From Eubacteriales bacterium (GTDB lineage Bacteria; Bacillota; Clostridia; Oscillospirales; CAG-272), in contig JAZQWF010000057.1 in the NCBI GenBank assembly GCA_045632185.1, positions 1-57,816 of the forward strand: 57,816 nucleotides of DNA, read 5' to 3'. Position numbers and translations under genes: made by a program. Shown one piece after another: positions 8,570 through 19,186 of the stretch (position 1 is its first letter; each line of letters starts with the position of its first letter). The notes beneath the pieces were generated by a model. The model saw only the letters and a program-made list of their open reading frames with translations, did not search any database and had not been told where the DNA came from.

Positions 8570-9949
8570 TTATCTTTCTTCAAGCGGTACGTACTGCTTG
8601 GTGGGGGTGATGCACTTGTAAGCGGGACGAATGATCTTCTTTGCGGTGGTGTATTCCTCCATGCGGTGTGCGCACCAGCCGGCAACACGGGCGATGGCAA
8701 ACAGGGGGGTATACATCGAAACGGGAATACGGAGCATACGGTAGATCAGACCCGAATAAAGGTCGACGTTTGCGCAGATCGTACGGTCCACGCCTTTGAG
8801 CTGACGGAATGCCTCGGGCGTCAGACGCTCGATCGCTTCCAGCAGTGCGAAATCGTCACCGTAGCCCTTCTGCATCGCCAGGTCGCGTGCATAGCGTTTG
8901 AGCATGACTGCACGGGGGTCGCTCTTGGTGTAGATGGCGTGTCCCATACCGTAGATCAGGCCGCTGTGGTCGAATGCCTCGCCGCGCAGGATCTTGGAAA
9001 GGAAGGAAAGCACCTCATCATCGTCATGTACGTCGTGGATGTTCTCCTTGATGCAGTCGAACATCTCCTGTGCCTTGATGTTGGCACCGCCGTGACGGGG
9101 ACCCTTCAAGGAGCCGATGGCTGCACCGATGGCGGAGTAGGTGTCGGTACCCGAGGAGGAAAGCACGCGGCAGGCGAAGGCGGAGTTGTTACCGCCGCCG
9201 TGCTCGGCGTGGATGACGAGTGCAAGGTCAAGCAGCTTTGCCTCCTCGTCGGTGTAGGATTTATCCGAGCGGAGCATGCGCAGGAAGTTTTCTGCGGTGG
9301 AAAGCTCGGGCTTGGGATTGTTGATATGCAAGCTGTGGCCGCCGAAGATGTTGCGGGACACGGCATAGGAGTGTGCCGCGATCACGGGGACGCGCGCGAT
9401 CAGCTGCATGCACTGACGCAGCATGTTGGAAAGCGTGGTTTCGTCGGGGTTTTCATCGTAGGCGTAAAGCGCCATCACCGCGGTCGACATCTTGTTCATG
9501 ATCGAGGGGGTGGGGGCCTTCATCAGAATATCCTCGTCAAAGCGGGGAGGGAGCTTTTCAAAACGGCTCATCAGATGGCAGAAGCGCTCCAACTGGGGCT
9601 TGGTGGGCAGATGGCCGAAGAACAGCAGGTAGCAGGTTTCTGCAAAGCCGAAGCGATCCTCAGAGGCGAAGTTGTTGACCAGGTCGCTCATGCGGTAGCC
9701 GCGGTAGTAAAGCTCGCCGTCGATGGGGAAGCGCTCGCCCTCATTCAACACGTAGCCGTGCGCGTTACCGATGCGGGTAACACCGGCCATAACGCCCGTG
9801 CCGTCCGGTTCGCGCAGACCGCGCTTCACGCGGTAGTTCTCAAACGCAGCGCCGGGGATCTGGTATTCCGTTTGCGACTCGGCAACCAGCTCATCCAAAA
9901 GCTCAGAGCATTCTGCGTCAAACAGATCGTTCTTGTCAAAATAATTCAC
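8570..9949 (-). CDS. Citrate synthase
   Basis: 459 aa with HAEHGGGNNS, GPRHGGAN, GMGHAIY and NVDLYSG motifs. GTG start with a GAGG SD. Confidence 0.9.
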   Translation of the reverse strand: MNYFDKNDLFDAECSELLDELVAESQTEYQIPGAAFENYRVKRGLREPDGTGVMAGVTRIGNAHGYVLNEGERFPIDGELYYRGYRMSDLVNNFASEDRFGFAETCYLLFFGHLPTKPQLERFCHLMSRFEKLPPRFDEDILMKAPTPSIMNKMSTAVMALYAYDENPDETTLSNMLRQCMQLIARVPVIAAHSYAVSRNIFGGHSLHINNPKPELSTAENFLRMLRSDKSYTDEEAKLLDLALVIHAEHGGGNNSAFACRVLSSSGTDTYSAIGAAIGSLKGPRHGGANIKAQEMFDCIKENIHDVHDDDEVLSFLSKILRGEAFDHSGLIYGMGHAIYTKSDPRAVMLKRYARDLAMQKGYGDDFALLEAIERLTPEAFRQLKGVDRTICANVDLYSGLIYRMLRIPVSMYTPLFAIARVAGWCAHRMEEYTTAKKIIRPAYKCITPTKQYVPLEER

Positions 9950-10224
9950 GTTGTGGGACCTCGCTTTCGTGAAAATAAGATAAATTTAATATATTATATC
10001 ATTAAAAAATAAAAAATGCAATAGTTTTCTGCTCTTTTGCAAGATTTTGATGAGAAAAATGCAAAATGTGCGCCGTTTTTCACCAAAATCCGACAAAAGT
10101 GGTGCGCAAATGGCGCTTTGGGTAAGAAAAAATGCAAGCACGTGTGCGTTCTTTTGTAAAAGCAGTGTTATTTTTTGCCTTTTGTGCATATACTCTTTTA
10201 TATGCCGAAAAGGGAGGAATGTCT

Positions 10225-12147
10225 ATGCAGGAGCTGCCGCTGTATCTGTTTCACGAGGGGACAAATTACCGCGCGTGGGAGTATCTCGGCGTGCATCGCA
10301 CGGCGACGGGGTTTGTGGCACGCGTGTGGGCGCCGAATGCAAGTGCCGTTTTTTTGGCAGGTGATTTCAACGCCTGGCAGGAAACGCACCCTATGGCGCG
10401 CGTGAGCGAAAAGGGCGTTTTCGAGTGTGTGTTTGAGAGCGAGGCATTCGGCGAGGGATCGCTTTACAAATTCAAGATCTACCACCGAAACGGGGTGAGT
10501 TATAAGGCAGATCCGTATGCGCGCGGAGCGGGAGAATTCCCCGAAACCGCCTCCGTATACCGCGAGGTGGAGGGCTTTGATTGGACAGATGCAGGGTGGC
10601 TTGCTTACCGCGAAAGGCAGAGAAAAAAAGGAGCGTACGCGCAACCGATCAATATTTACGAAATGCACGCCGGCTCCTGGAAAAGGGGCTCTGACGGGGG
10701 ATCTCTGCGCTTTTCGGAGCTTGCCGAGGAGCTGGCACCTTACCTCAAACAGATGGGCTACACGCACGTGGAGCTGATGCCTGTGATGGCGCACCCCTTC
10801 GATGGCTCGTGGGGATATCAGGTGACGGGGTATTACGCGCCCTGTGCGCGCTATGGCACGCCGCGGGAGCTGATGGATTTCGTGGACAAGATGCACGGCG
10901 CGGGGATCGGTGTGATCCTTGACTGGGTGCCTGCGCATTTCCCGAAGGACGCGCACGGGCTTTATGAGTTTGACGGCGCGCCGCTTTACGAATATCAGGG
11001 GGCGGATCGCATCGAGCATCGTGAGTGGGGCACGCGCTTTTTTGACGTGGGGCGTGAGGAGGTACAAAGCTTTCTTATTTCCAATGCGCTCTACTGGGCA
11101 GAGGTTTATCACGCGGACGGCTTGCGCGTGGACGCGGTGGCGTCGATGCTGTATCTGGACTACGACCGCTTACCCCACGAATGGGTGCCGAACGTGCACG
11201 GGGATAATCGTAATTTGGAGGCGATCGCTTTCTTTCAAAAGCTGAACGCGGCGATGCGCACGCACGCGCCGCAGCTGCTGATGATCGCAGAGGAGTCCAC
11301 CGCGTGGGGGAATTTGACAGGCACGGAAAACGGTGGGCTTGGATTTTCCCTGAAATGGAATATGGGGTGGATGAACGATACGCTGTTTTACGCCGCGCTG
11401 GACCCCGTTTATCGCAAATATCACCACACGTGTGTGAATTTTTCGCTGACCTATGCCTTTGGTGAGCGGTACGTACTGCCGATCTCTCACGACGAGGTGG
11501 TGCATGGGAAAAGGTCCTTGATCGAGCGTATGCCGGGGGACTACGCGCAGAAATTTGCAGGGGTACGCACCTTCCTTGCCTATATGATGACGCATCCGGG
11601 CAAGAAGCTGCTTTTTATGGGCTGCGAGATCGGGCAATTTCGCGAATGGGATCACGCGGGCGAGATAGAGTGGTTCTTGCTTGGATATGAAAAACACGCA
11701 AAGCTGCAACGCTATGTGGCGGCGCTCAATCATTTTTATTTGCAAAATCCGCCGCTTTACGAGTGTGATCACGATTGGAACGGATTTCAATGGATCGATG
11801 CCGACAACGCAAGCGAGGGCGTGGTTGCCTACCGCCGCATTGACGCGCGTGGGAAAGAGGTGGTGGTGATCCTCAATTTCACGCCCGTCAAGCGGGAGAA
11901 TTTCCGCGTTGGCGTCCCCATACACGGCGTGTGGCGAGAGGTGTTTAATTCAGATGCAGCCGAGTACGGCGGAGAGGGAGTTTGTAACGGGGGAGTACTT
12001 TGCAGCGAGGAACTCTCGTGCAACGGCATGCCGCAATCCTTGCTCCTGACGCTGCCGCCTATGGGGGCAATATTCTTAAAAGTGGGCAAACGGTATAAAA
12101 AAACGCAGAAAATACAACAAAACAACAACAAGGAGGAGCAGAAATGA
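10225..12147 (+). CDS. glgB: 1,4-alpha-glucan branching enzyme
   Basis: GH13 motifs VILDWVPAHFP, GLRVDAVASMLY, IAEESTAW, ISHDEVVHGK. ATG 10225 lies 7 nt after GGAGG; ATG 10219 is an in-frame alternative. Confidence 0.9.
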   Translation: MQELPLYLFHEGTNYRAWEYLGVHRTATGFVARVWAPNASAVFLAGDFNAWQETHPMARVSEKGVFECVFESEAFGEGSLYKFKIYHRNGVSYKADPYARGAGEFPETASVYREVEGFDWTDAGWLAYRERQRKKGAYAQPINIYEMHAGSWKRGSDGGSLRFSELAEELAPYLKQMGYTHVELMPVMAHPFDGSWGYQVTGYYAPCARYGTPRELMDFVDKMHGAGIGVILDWVPAHFPKDAHGLYEFDGAPLYEYQGADRIEHREWGTRFFDVGREEVQSFLISNALYWAEVYHADGLRVDAVASMLYLDYDRLPHEWVPNVHGDNRNLEAIAFFQKLNAAMRTHAPQLLMIAEESTAWGNLTGTENGGLGFSLKWNMGWMNDTLFYAALDPVYRKYHHTCVNFSLTYAFGERYVLPISHDEVVHGKRSLIERMPGDYAQKFAGVRTFLAYMMTHPGKKLLFMGCEIGQFREWDHAGEIEWFLLGYEKHAKLQRYVAALNHFYLQNPPLYECDHDWNGFQWIDADNASEGVVAYRRIDARGKEVVVILNFTPVKRENFRVGVPIHGVWREVFNSDAAEYGGEGVCNGGVLCSEELSCNGMPQSLLLTLPPMGAIFLKVGKRYKKTQKIQQNNNKEEQK

Positions 12148-13571
12148 AGAAAATTTTGTTTTTGGGTGCAGAGGCCGTTCCCTTTGCCAGCACGGGCGGA
12201 CTTGGTGACGTCATGTCCTCGCTCCCCACAGCGCTTTGCCGTTCGGGGGAGGACGCCCGCGTGGTGCTTCCGCTTTACCGTGCCGTAGACGCGCGCTGGC
12301 GCGAGCAGATGCAAAAGATCGCGGAATTTGAGGTAACACTTGCTTGGCGGCGCCAGTATTGCGGCGTGCATATGCTGCAACGGGAGGGCGTGACCTACTA
12401 TTTCATTGACAACGAATACTATTTCGGTCGCAACGGACTTTACGGGCATTTTGATGATGGCGAGCGTTATGCCTTTTTCTGCATGGCGGCGCTTTCGATG
12501 CTGCCGCAGATCGGATTTTATCCGGACGTGCTGCACGCACACGACTGGCAGGGGGCACTTGGGGTGATCTATCTGCGCACGCTTTTTTCGCAAAATGAGG
12601 CTTACCGTGGCATACGCAGCGTGTTTACTATCCATAATATCGAGTATCAGGGGCGTTTTTCTGCGGATATTCTGGGGGACGTGTTCGCGCTTGGCGAGGA
12701 TACGCGCGGCGTGCTTGATTTTAGCGGAGGACTGAATTTGATGAAGGGGGCGATCCTTCTTTGCGATCGCGTTACCACCGTCAGCCCCCGCTATGCCGAG
12801 GAGATCTGCACCCCTGCCTTCGGGTGGGGGCTGGACGCGATTTTGCGGGAGAGCGCCTACAAGTTAGAGGGGATCGTCAACGGCATTGACTACAAGCACT
12901 ACGACCCCGCCAAGGACCGCGAGATCGCAAGGCAGTTTACCGCGCGCTCGATCTCTCGCAAGGCGGAAAACAAGATGTCCCTGCAACGCGAGCTGGGCTT
13001 GCCCGTGCGCGGGGACGTGCCGATGCTTGCCGTGATCTCGCGCCTTGCCGCACACAAGGGGCTGGATCTGGTGGCGGGGGCGGCGCAAGCGCTTTTGCAG
13101 CAGGACGTGCAGCTGGTGGTGCTTGGGTGCGGTGACCCGCGCTTGGAGGATTTCTTTTGCACATTGGAAAGGGAAAATCCGGAACGGGTGCGCGCGTGCA
13201 TCGGGTATGACCGTGCGCTGGCCTCCCGCATCTATGCGGCGTGCGATATCTTTTTGATGCCCTCTGCAAGCGAGCCGTGCGGGCTTTCACAGATGATCGC
13301 CTCGCGCTACGGCGCACTGCCCGTAGTGCATACCGTTGGGGGGCTTTTTGACACCATCAAGCCGTATGAAATGACAGAGGACGGCATCACGGGCAACGGC
13401 TTTTGCTTCGCGGATTACAGCGCGGGTGCGTTGCTTGATTGCGTGAACAAGGCGCTTTCTGTATGGCGGGATAGTGCGCAGCGTGAGCGGCTGGTGGCGC
13501 GTGTGATGCGCACTGATTTTTCCTGGACGCGCTCGGCAGCGGTCTATCATCGGCTTTACGCGCTTTTGTAA
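12144..13571 (+). CDS. glgA: Glycogen synthase
   Basis: MKKILFLGAEAVPFASTGGLGDV and HAHDWQ. The ATGA start overlaps the glgB stop. Confidence 0.9.
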   Translation: MKKILFLGAEAVPFASTGGLGDVMSSLPTALCRSGEDARVVLPLYRAVDARWREQMQKIAEFEVTLAWRRQYCGVHMLQREGVTYYFIDNEYYFGRNGLYGHFDDGERYAFFCMAALSMLPQIGFYPDVLHAHDWQGALGVIYLRTLFSQNEAYRGIRSVFTIHNIEYQGRFSADILGDVFALGEDTRGVLDFSGGLNLMKGAILLCDRVTTVSPRYAEEICTPAFGWGLDAILRESAYKLEGIVNGIDYKHYDPAKDREIARQFTARSISRKAENKMSLQRELGLPVRGDVPMLAVISRLAAHKGLDLVAGAAQALLQQDVQLVVLGCGDPRLEDFFCTLERENPERVRACIGYDRALASRIYAACDIFLMPSASEPCGLSQMIASRYGALPVVHTVGGLFDTIKPYEMTEDGITGNGFCFADYSAGALLDCVNKALSVWRDSAQRERLVARVMRTDFSWTRSAAVYHRLYALL

Positions 13572-13608
13572 CGGGAAGTTTAATTTTGCAATACGGGGGA
13601 GGAGTTTT

Positions 13609-16044
13609 ATGGCAAAAAAGTGGGACGCACGCGCAGTGCGCGCGGCGCTGGAAAACAAGCTGGCGCGCCAGTTTGGGTGTGGCGCGAAGGAGGCAAGCGA
13701 GGAGCAGATCTATAAGGCGAGCGCGCTTTGCGTGAAGGATATTCTGGCCGAGCGACGCGCCGCCTTCAAGAAAAAGGTAAACAGGGCGGGGGCGAAGCAG
13801 GTGTACTATCTGTGCATGGAATTTTTGCTTGGCCGCTCCTTGCGCAACAACCTTTGCAATCTGGGCTTGGAGGGCGAGTATCGTGCCGCGTTGGAGGGAC
13901 TTGGCTTTTCGGCAGATCGTATCTATGAATGCGAGCCGGACGCAGGGCTTGGCAACGGGGGACTTGGGCGTCTTGCCGCCTGCTTTATGGACGCCCTTGC
14001 CGGCGGGGGATATCCCGCCATGGGTTTTTCCATTTGCTATGATTACGGCCTTTTCCGCCAGATGATCGTGGACGGAATGCAGGTGGAGCTGCCCGACGTA
14101 TGGCTGCCCGGCGGGGAGGTGTGGTTGCAGCCCCGCACCGACCGCATTCAGCGCGTGCATCTGGGCGGCCATATCCGTGAGGAATGGCGCGACGGGCATC
14201 TTGCCATCATGTATGAGGGCGGCGAGGAGATCGAGGCCGTGCCCTATGATATGATGGTCTCGGGCGCGGGGAACGAGGCGGTCTGCGCGCTGCGGCTTTG
14301 GCGCGCGCGGAATATCCGCAATTTCAACATGGGGCTTTTCTCGCAGGGCGAGTATATGAAGGCACTGGAAAAAAGCAACAGCGCAGAGATCCTTTCCAAG
14401 GTCCTTTACCCCTCCGACAATCATGCGGAGGGGAAGCTGCTGCGCCTATCGCAGCAATATTTTTTGGTGTCGGCCTCCTGTCAAAGTATCCTTGCCGATC
14501 ATCTGCGTGCGTACGGAATGCTGGAAAATCTGCCTGACAAGGTGGCGATCCATGTCAACGATACGCACCCTGCGCTGGTGATCCCCGAGCTGATGCGCAT
14601 CTTCTTGGACGAGTATCATTTTTCTTGGGAGAAGGCGTGGGATCTTGTCGTGCGCACGGTGTCCTACACCAATCACACCGTCATGCCGGAGGCGCTGGAA
14701 TGTTGGAGCGAGGATATTTTTGCGCTCCGTCTGCCGCGTATCCACACGATCGTGCGGGAGATCAACGAGCGCTTTTGCCGCGAGGCGTGGGCGCGCTTCC
14801 CGGGCGAGTGGGACAGAATTTCGCGCATGAGTGTGATCGCCGCGGGGCAGGTGCGTATGGCAAATCTGTGCGTGATCGGCTCGCACGCAGTGAACGGCGT
14901 GTCGGCGCTTCATTCCGAGATCCTCAAAAAAAGCGTATTTTCCGACTTTTACAAAATGTATCCGACGCGCTTTTGCAACGTGACAAACGGTGTGGCGCAC
15001 CGTCGGTTTTTGAATTACGCCAATCCGTCGCTGGGGGCGTTGCTTGACGAGTGTATCGGCGCGGATTACCGCAAAAACCCCGCACGTCTGTCGGATTTTG
15101 CGAAATTTGCGGGGGACGGCGCGGTGCTTGCCCGCCTTGGCGAGATCAAGCGCGCGAATAAGGAGAGCTTTGCTGCATGGCTGCACGAGCGCAGCGGAAA
15201 GCTGATCGATCCCGCCGCCATGTTTGACGTGCAGATCAAAAGATTGCACGAGTACAAGCGCCAGCTTCTGAACTGTCTGCATATCATCGGGCTGTATCTG
15301 GATCTGAAAGAAAATCCCCATCTTGATATGCAGCCGCGCGTGTTTTTGTTCGGCGCCAAGGCAGCGCCGGGGTACGAGATGGCCAAGCGTATCATCAAGC
15401 TGATCTGCATGCTGGAAAAGCAGATCGACGCAGACCCTGCGGCGCGTGAGAGGTTGCGCGTGGTGTTTTTGGAGGACTATAACGTGTCAATGGCGGAGCG
15501 ACTGATCCCAGCAACGGAGCTGAGCGAGCAGATCTCGATGGCGGGCAAGGAGGCCAGCGGCACGGGGTGTATGAAGCTGATGATGAACGGTGCGCTCACC
15601 ATCGGGACGGCGGACGGCGCGAACGTGGAGATTGCCGAGGCGGTGGGCGAGGAAAATATTTTCCTGTTCGGTCATAGTGCCGCCGAGGTGGAGGAGATCT
15701 GGGCGCGCGGGTATCAGGCGGCAAGCTTTTACACGGGGAACGAGCGACTTGCGCGTATTGTGAACGCGCTGGGGCCAGGGATCGGGGGCGAGAGCTTTTC
15801 GGATATTGCCACCTATCTTTTGGCAGGGCAGGGCGTGGCGGATCCTTATTTATGTCTGGCGGATTTTGAGGCGTACCGCCGCGCACAGCTGGCGGCCGCG
15901 ATGGCTTACGGCGATCGGGACAGATGGAACGAAATGTCCCTTCGCAACATTGCTGCCTCGGGCTATTTTTCCGCCGATCGCAGTATTGCGGAGTATGCCG
16001 CGCACATCTGGGGTATCAAGCCCGTGGGGGAAAACAAATGCTGA
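13609..16044 (+). CDS. glgP: Glycogen/maltodextrin phosphorylase
   Basis: 811 aa with GNGGLGRLAACF and the PLP region GKEASGTGCMKLMMNGALTIGTADGANVE. Confidence 0.9.
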   Translation: MAKKWDARAVRAALENKLARQFGCGAKEASEEQIYKASALCVKDILAERRAAFKKKVNRAGAKQVYYLCMEFLLGRSLRNNLCNLGLEGEYRAALEGLGFSADRIYECEPDAGLGNGGLGRLAACFMDALAGGGYPAMGFSICYDYGLFRQMIVDGMQVELPDVWLPGGEVWLQPRTDRIQRVHLGGHIREEWRDGHLAIMYEGGEEIEAVPYDMMVSGAGNEAVCALRLWRARNIRNFNMGLFSQGEYMKALEKSNSAEILSKVLYPSDNHAEGKLLRLSQQYFLVSASCQSILADHLRAYGMLENLPDKVAIHVNDTHPALVIPELMRIFLDEYHFSWEKAWDLVVRTVSYTNHTVMPEALECWSEDIFALRLPRIHTIVREINERFCREAWARFPGEWDRISRMSVIAAGQVRMANLCVIGSHAVNGVSALHSEILKKSVFSDFYKMYPTRFCNVTNGVAHRRFLNYANPSLGALLDECIGADYRKNPARLSDFAKFAGDGAVLARLGEIKRANKESFAAWLHERSGKLIDPAAMFDVQIKRLHEYKRQLLNCLHIIGLYLDLKENPHLDMQPRVFLFGAKAAPGYEMAKRIIKLICMLEKQIDADPAARERLRVVFLEDYNVSMAERLIPATELSEQISMAGKEASGTGCMKLMMNGALTIGTADGANVEIAEAVGEENIFLFGHSAAEVEEIWARGYQAASFYTGNERLARIVNALGPGIGGESFSDIATYLLAGQGVADPYLCLADFEAYRRAQLAAAMAYGDRDRWNEMSLRNIAASGYFSADRSIAEYAAHIWGIKPVGENKC

Positions 16045-17981
16045 TCGCATGGCCGACGCAAGCCCCTGCACCCATTTTGAAAAAACGGGTGCAGGGCAGG
16101 GACGAAAGCGATAAGAACGCGTTTTCCCGCGCGGCTGCGGTGAGCTTTACCTTGCGTATCCCGCGCGCGCTTGGCGCGCGGGGTGCGGTGCTGCGCTTGC
16201 ACGCAGACGGCGCGGGATACCGCGATCTCTCCTTTGGCTTTGCGCAGACACGCGGCGGGTGGGACGAGTACGCGCTGACGCTCCCGCTTTTTGAAATAAC
16301 CCCCGAAACGGGTGGGTTTTTCGAGTACGAGCTGCTTTTTTTGCGCGGCGCGGATACGTTGTTTTCACACACAGAGGACCAAGTGCATATGACGCTTTCG
16401 CCCGTTTCAAACGGGCGTTTTTTTCTCACAGTGTATGATGAGAGGCTTGAAACGCCGCGCCCCTTGTGGGGGAGGACGATGTACCACGTGTTCGTGGATC
16501 GTTTTGCGCGCGGCGGCGGCGCGAAGCGCCGTGACGCCGTGTACCATCGGCGCTGGGACGAGGAGATCGTGCAGTATCCCGCTTCCCCGGGTGCGCACGT
16601 AGAGAACAACGAGCTTTTTGGCGGCACGCTTTGGGGCGTGCGGGAAAAGCTTTCGTATTTGAAGGCCTTGGGCGTGGGTGTGCTGTATCTTTCCCCCGTT
16701 TTTCGCGCTTATTCCAATCACAAATACGATACCGCCGATTACGCAGAGGTGGATCTTGGCTTCGGCGGGGAAAGTGCTTTGCGCGCCCTGCTTGACGAAT
16801 GTAAAAAATATGATATAATAGTAGTATTGGACGGCGTGTTCAACCACACGGGGGATCACAGCCGTTATTTTGAGCGCCGCGGAGATTACGGTGGGCAAGG
16901 GGCGTATCGCTCTCAGGCCTCGCCCTATGCCGACTGGTATACCTTCACGGATTTCCCCGATGGCTATGAGGCGTGGTGGGGGATCCCCATTCTGCCCCGC
17001 TTGCGCTTGGAAGATCCCGCCGTGCGGGCGTATTTTCTCGGTGAGAAGGGCATCGTAGCGCACTATATGCGTCTGGGCGTCGGCGGTTGGCGTTTGGACG
17101 TTGCCGACGAGCTGCCCGATCTGTTTTTGGAGGAGCTTCGCTTGCGTGTGAAAAGCCAAACGGGCGGCAACGGGGTGATTTTCGGCGAGGTTTGGGAGAA
17201 CGCCGCCGCAAAGATCGCCTACGGCAAGCGCCGTCGTTATCTGCTTGGCGCACAACTGGACGGCGTGATGAATTATCCCTTGCGCGAGGGGCTTATTGCC
17301 TTTGCGCGCGACGGAGATGCGCCGACACTTTGCCGCGTGCTGCGGGAGCTGTGGGCAAGCTATCCCACCCCCGTTTGCCACACCTTGATGAACCTGCTTT
17401 CCACGCACGATACCGCGCGGATCTTGACCGAGCTTGGCGGCGTGCGTGCCGAGGGGTATACGATGGCAGAGCTGCGCGATCTGCGCCTTTCCAACGCGGA
17501 AAAAGCGCTTGCTAAGAAGCGACTTTTGATCGCCGCTGCGCTGCAATACACGGTTTTCGGTATTCCGTCGCTGTTTTACGGGGACGAGGCGGGCGTGCAA
17601 GGGTATGGAGATCCCTTCTGCCGCCGCACCTTCCCGTGGGGGGGCGAGGACAAGGAAATTCAGGTGTTTTATCGCAAATTAGGCGCCATACGGTGTGAAA
17701 ATTCCGCGTTTGGCGACGGAGATTTCAGCGTTTTGTGCGTGCGCGCGCATGCGCTTGCCTTTTCCCGTCAAAACGCAAAAAATCATATCATCGTGGCGGC
17801 TAATCGCGGCAAGGAGCCGTTCGCGCTGCGCTTGCCCGCTGATGTGGTGGAGCTGCTTTCGGGAAAGCGCGAGAAAAAAGGAAAAATCACTGTTCCTTGC
17901 GACAGTGTGAGGATTTGGAGGATCGACAATGTTCAAAAAGCTGTGGGAGAAATGGACGAAAAGCAACAACCCCGAAAGTAA
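16038..17981 (+). CDS. GH13 alpha-amylase-family glycosidase (neopullulanase/cyclomaltodextrinase-like)
   Basis: DGVFNHTG, GGWRLDVADE, FGEVWE, LLSTHDT. I chose the ATG at 16038, which overlaps the glgP stop, instead of the track start at 15924 inside glgP. Confidence 0.8.
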   Translation: MLIAWPTQAPAPILKKRVQGRDESDKNAFSRAAAVSFTLRIPRALGARGAVLRLHADGAGYRDLSFGFAQTRGGWDEYALTLPLFEITPETGGFFEYELLFLRGADTLFSHTEDQVHMTLSPVSNGRFFLTVYDERLETPRPLWGRTMYHVFVDRFARGGGAKRRDAVYHRRWDEEIVQYPASPGAHVENNELFGGTLWGVREKLSYLKALGVGVLYLSPVFRAYSNHKYDTADYAEVDLGFGGESALRALLDECKKYDIIVVLDGVFNHTGDHSRYFERRGDYGGQGAYRSQASPYADWYTFTDFPDGYEAWWGIPILPRLRLEDPAVRAYFLGEKGIVAHYMRLGVGGWRLDVADELPDLFLEELRLRVKSQTGGNGVIFGEVWENAAAKIAYGKRRRYLLGAQLDGVMNYPLREGLIAFARDGDAPTLCRVLRELWASYPTPVCHTLMNLLSTHDTARILTELGGVRAEGYTMAELRDLRLSNAEKALAKKRLLIAAALQYTVFGIPSLFYGDEAGVQGYGDPFCRRTFPWGGEDKEIQVFYRKLGAIRCENSAFGDGDFSVLCVRAHALAFSRQNAKNHIIVAANRGKEPFALRLPADVVELLSGKREKKGKITVPCDSVRIWRIDNVQKAVGEMDEKQQPRK

Positions 17982-18267
17982 GCGTTACCGTTATGATATG
18001 GCGAATCGCATCTGCGGGCATCACGTGAAATACGTGACCGAGCGCATCGACAACGTGGACGAGGTCATCGGCCGCTCGGGAAGCTTGAATATGCGCAACG
18101 ACGAGCTTTTGGTCTATGCCTCCTTTGACGTGCTGATGCGCTGCAAGATCGAGCAGATGCAGGCCAGCGAGCTACTCTCCAAGGACGGCGTGGTGATCAC
18201 CGCCCCCGATTTGGAGCATGGTGGAAAAGAGCGCACCATCATCGTGTATTACGTGTATTACAGATAA
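17929..18267 (+). CDS. Hypothetical 112-aa protein
   Basis: ORF with SD GGAGG 7 nt upstream. Overlaps the last 53 nt of the GH13 gene. I do not recognise a family. Confidence 0.45.
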   Translation: MFKKLWEKWTKSNNPESKRYRYDMANRICGHHVKYVTERIDNVDEVIGRSGSLNMRNDELLVYASFDVLMRCKIEQMQASELLSKDGVVITAPDLEHGGKERTIIVYYVYYR

Positions 18268-18297
18268 AAAAGAGCCGCCCGCGGGCGGCTCTTTTTT
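18266..18297. terminator. Bidirectional intrinsic terminator
   Basis: aaaaaaGAGCCGCCCgcgGGGCGGCTCtttttt between two convergent genes. Confidence 0.85.
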
Positions 18298-19117
18298 ACA
18301 GCGCGACTTCTTCAAATTTCTTGCCGTTGAAGATGAATTTGGAGGTGTATCCCGCCTCGCGCAAGAACTCGGCGGCCAGATCGTAGCCAAAATCAACGTA
18401 CTGCTTGTCGTGGCAGTCAGAGGAGATCGTCGCACCAAATCCACTTTCCCGCAAAAGCTTCAAAATGTCCATCGCGGGGTAGGGGGACGTGCGATATCCG
18501 CGCGCGATCGCGCCGGTGTTCAGCTCGAAAAAGGGGATCTTGCCCCTCAGCGCGCTTACGGCATCGGCCACGAAGGAGCGGTAGCGGGCAGTATCCGTGT
18601 CAATGAAATGATGCAATTCGTTGTTCTTTGTGACAAGGTCAAAATGCCCGATGATATCAAATTTGCCGTAGTCGGCGGCGGTAGAGAGCGCCTCGTAATA
18701 CGCCTTTGCAAATTTCATGCCGTCGCCCTCAAAATACTTTTCCACGTAGGCAAGCGTTTTTTCAAGCCCTGTGTCAAAGGACACAAGCCCCTCGTGCGTG
18801 TGCAGGTAATGCACCGAGGCGATCGTATAATCATACCCGTCCCACGGGGAATCGGCATAAATGTCAAATTCCACGCCGCGATAAACGGGGAAGATATCCT
18901 TGTATTTTGCTTTCAGACGTTCGATCTCGGCATTGTATGCTGCCTGCTTTTCAAGGGAGAGAAATCCGCTTTTAGAGCAGCTCATATACGAGTGAATGGA
19001 AAAGCCGAGCGAGTCAAGACCTGCGGCCATTGCCGCCGCGATCATTTCCTCGGGCGTGTCCTTGCCGTCACAGTAAACGGAGTGTACGTGCAGGTTTTGC
19101 GTGTGCTTTTTTAACAT
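18296..19117 (-). CDS. Histidinol-phosphatase, PHP (HisJ) family
   Basis: MLKKHTQNLHVHSVYCDGKDTPEEM... PHP metal-binding N-terminus. Start moved to the fifth codon of the track ORF. Confidence 0.75.
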   Translation of the reverse strand: MLKKHTQNLHVHSVYCDGKDTPEEMIAAAMAAGLDSLGFSIHSYMSCSKSGFLSLEKQAAYNAEIERLKAKYKDIFPVYRGVEFDIYADSPWDGYDYTIASVHYLHTHEGLVSFDTGLEKTLAYVEKYFEGDGMKFAKAYYEALSTAADYGKFDIIGHFDLVTKNNELHHFIDTDTARYRSFVADAVSALRGKIPFFELNTGAIARGYRTSPYPAMDILKLLRESGFGATISSDCHDKQYVDFGYDLAAEFLREAGYTSKFIFNGKKFEEVAL

Positions 19118-19149
19118 ACGTGTCACCACTTTTCACAAGTATTTTGAAG

Positions 19150-19177
19150 GGGGAAAGCTTTTGCCAAAGCTTTCCCC
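19150..19177 (-). terminator. Perfect 12-bp hairpin after the M20 peptidase gene
   Basis: GGGGAAAGCTTTtgccAAAGCTTTCCCC. The flanking T-run on the minus strand is weak. Confidence 0.5.
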
Positions 19178-19186
19178 TTGGATCTT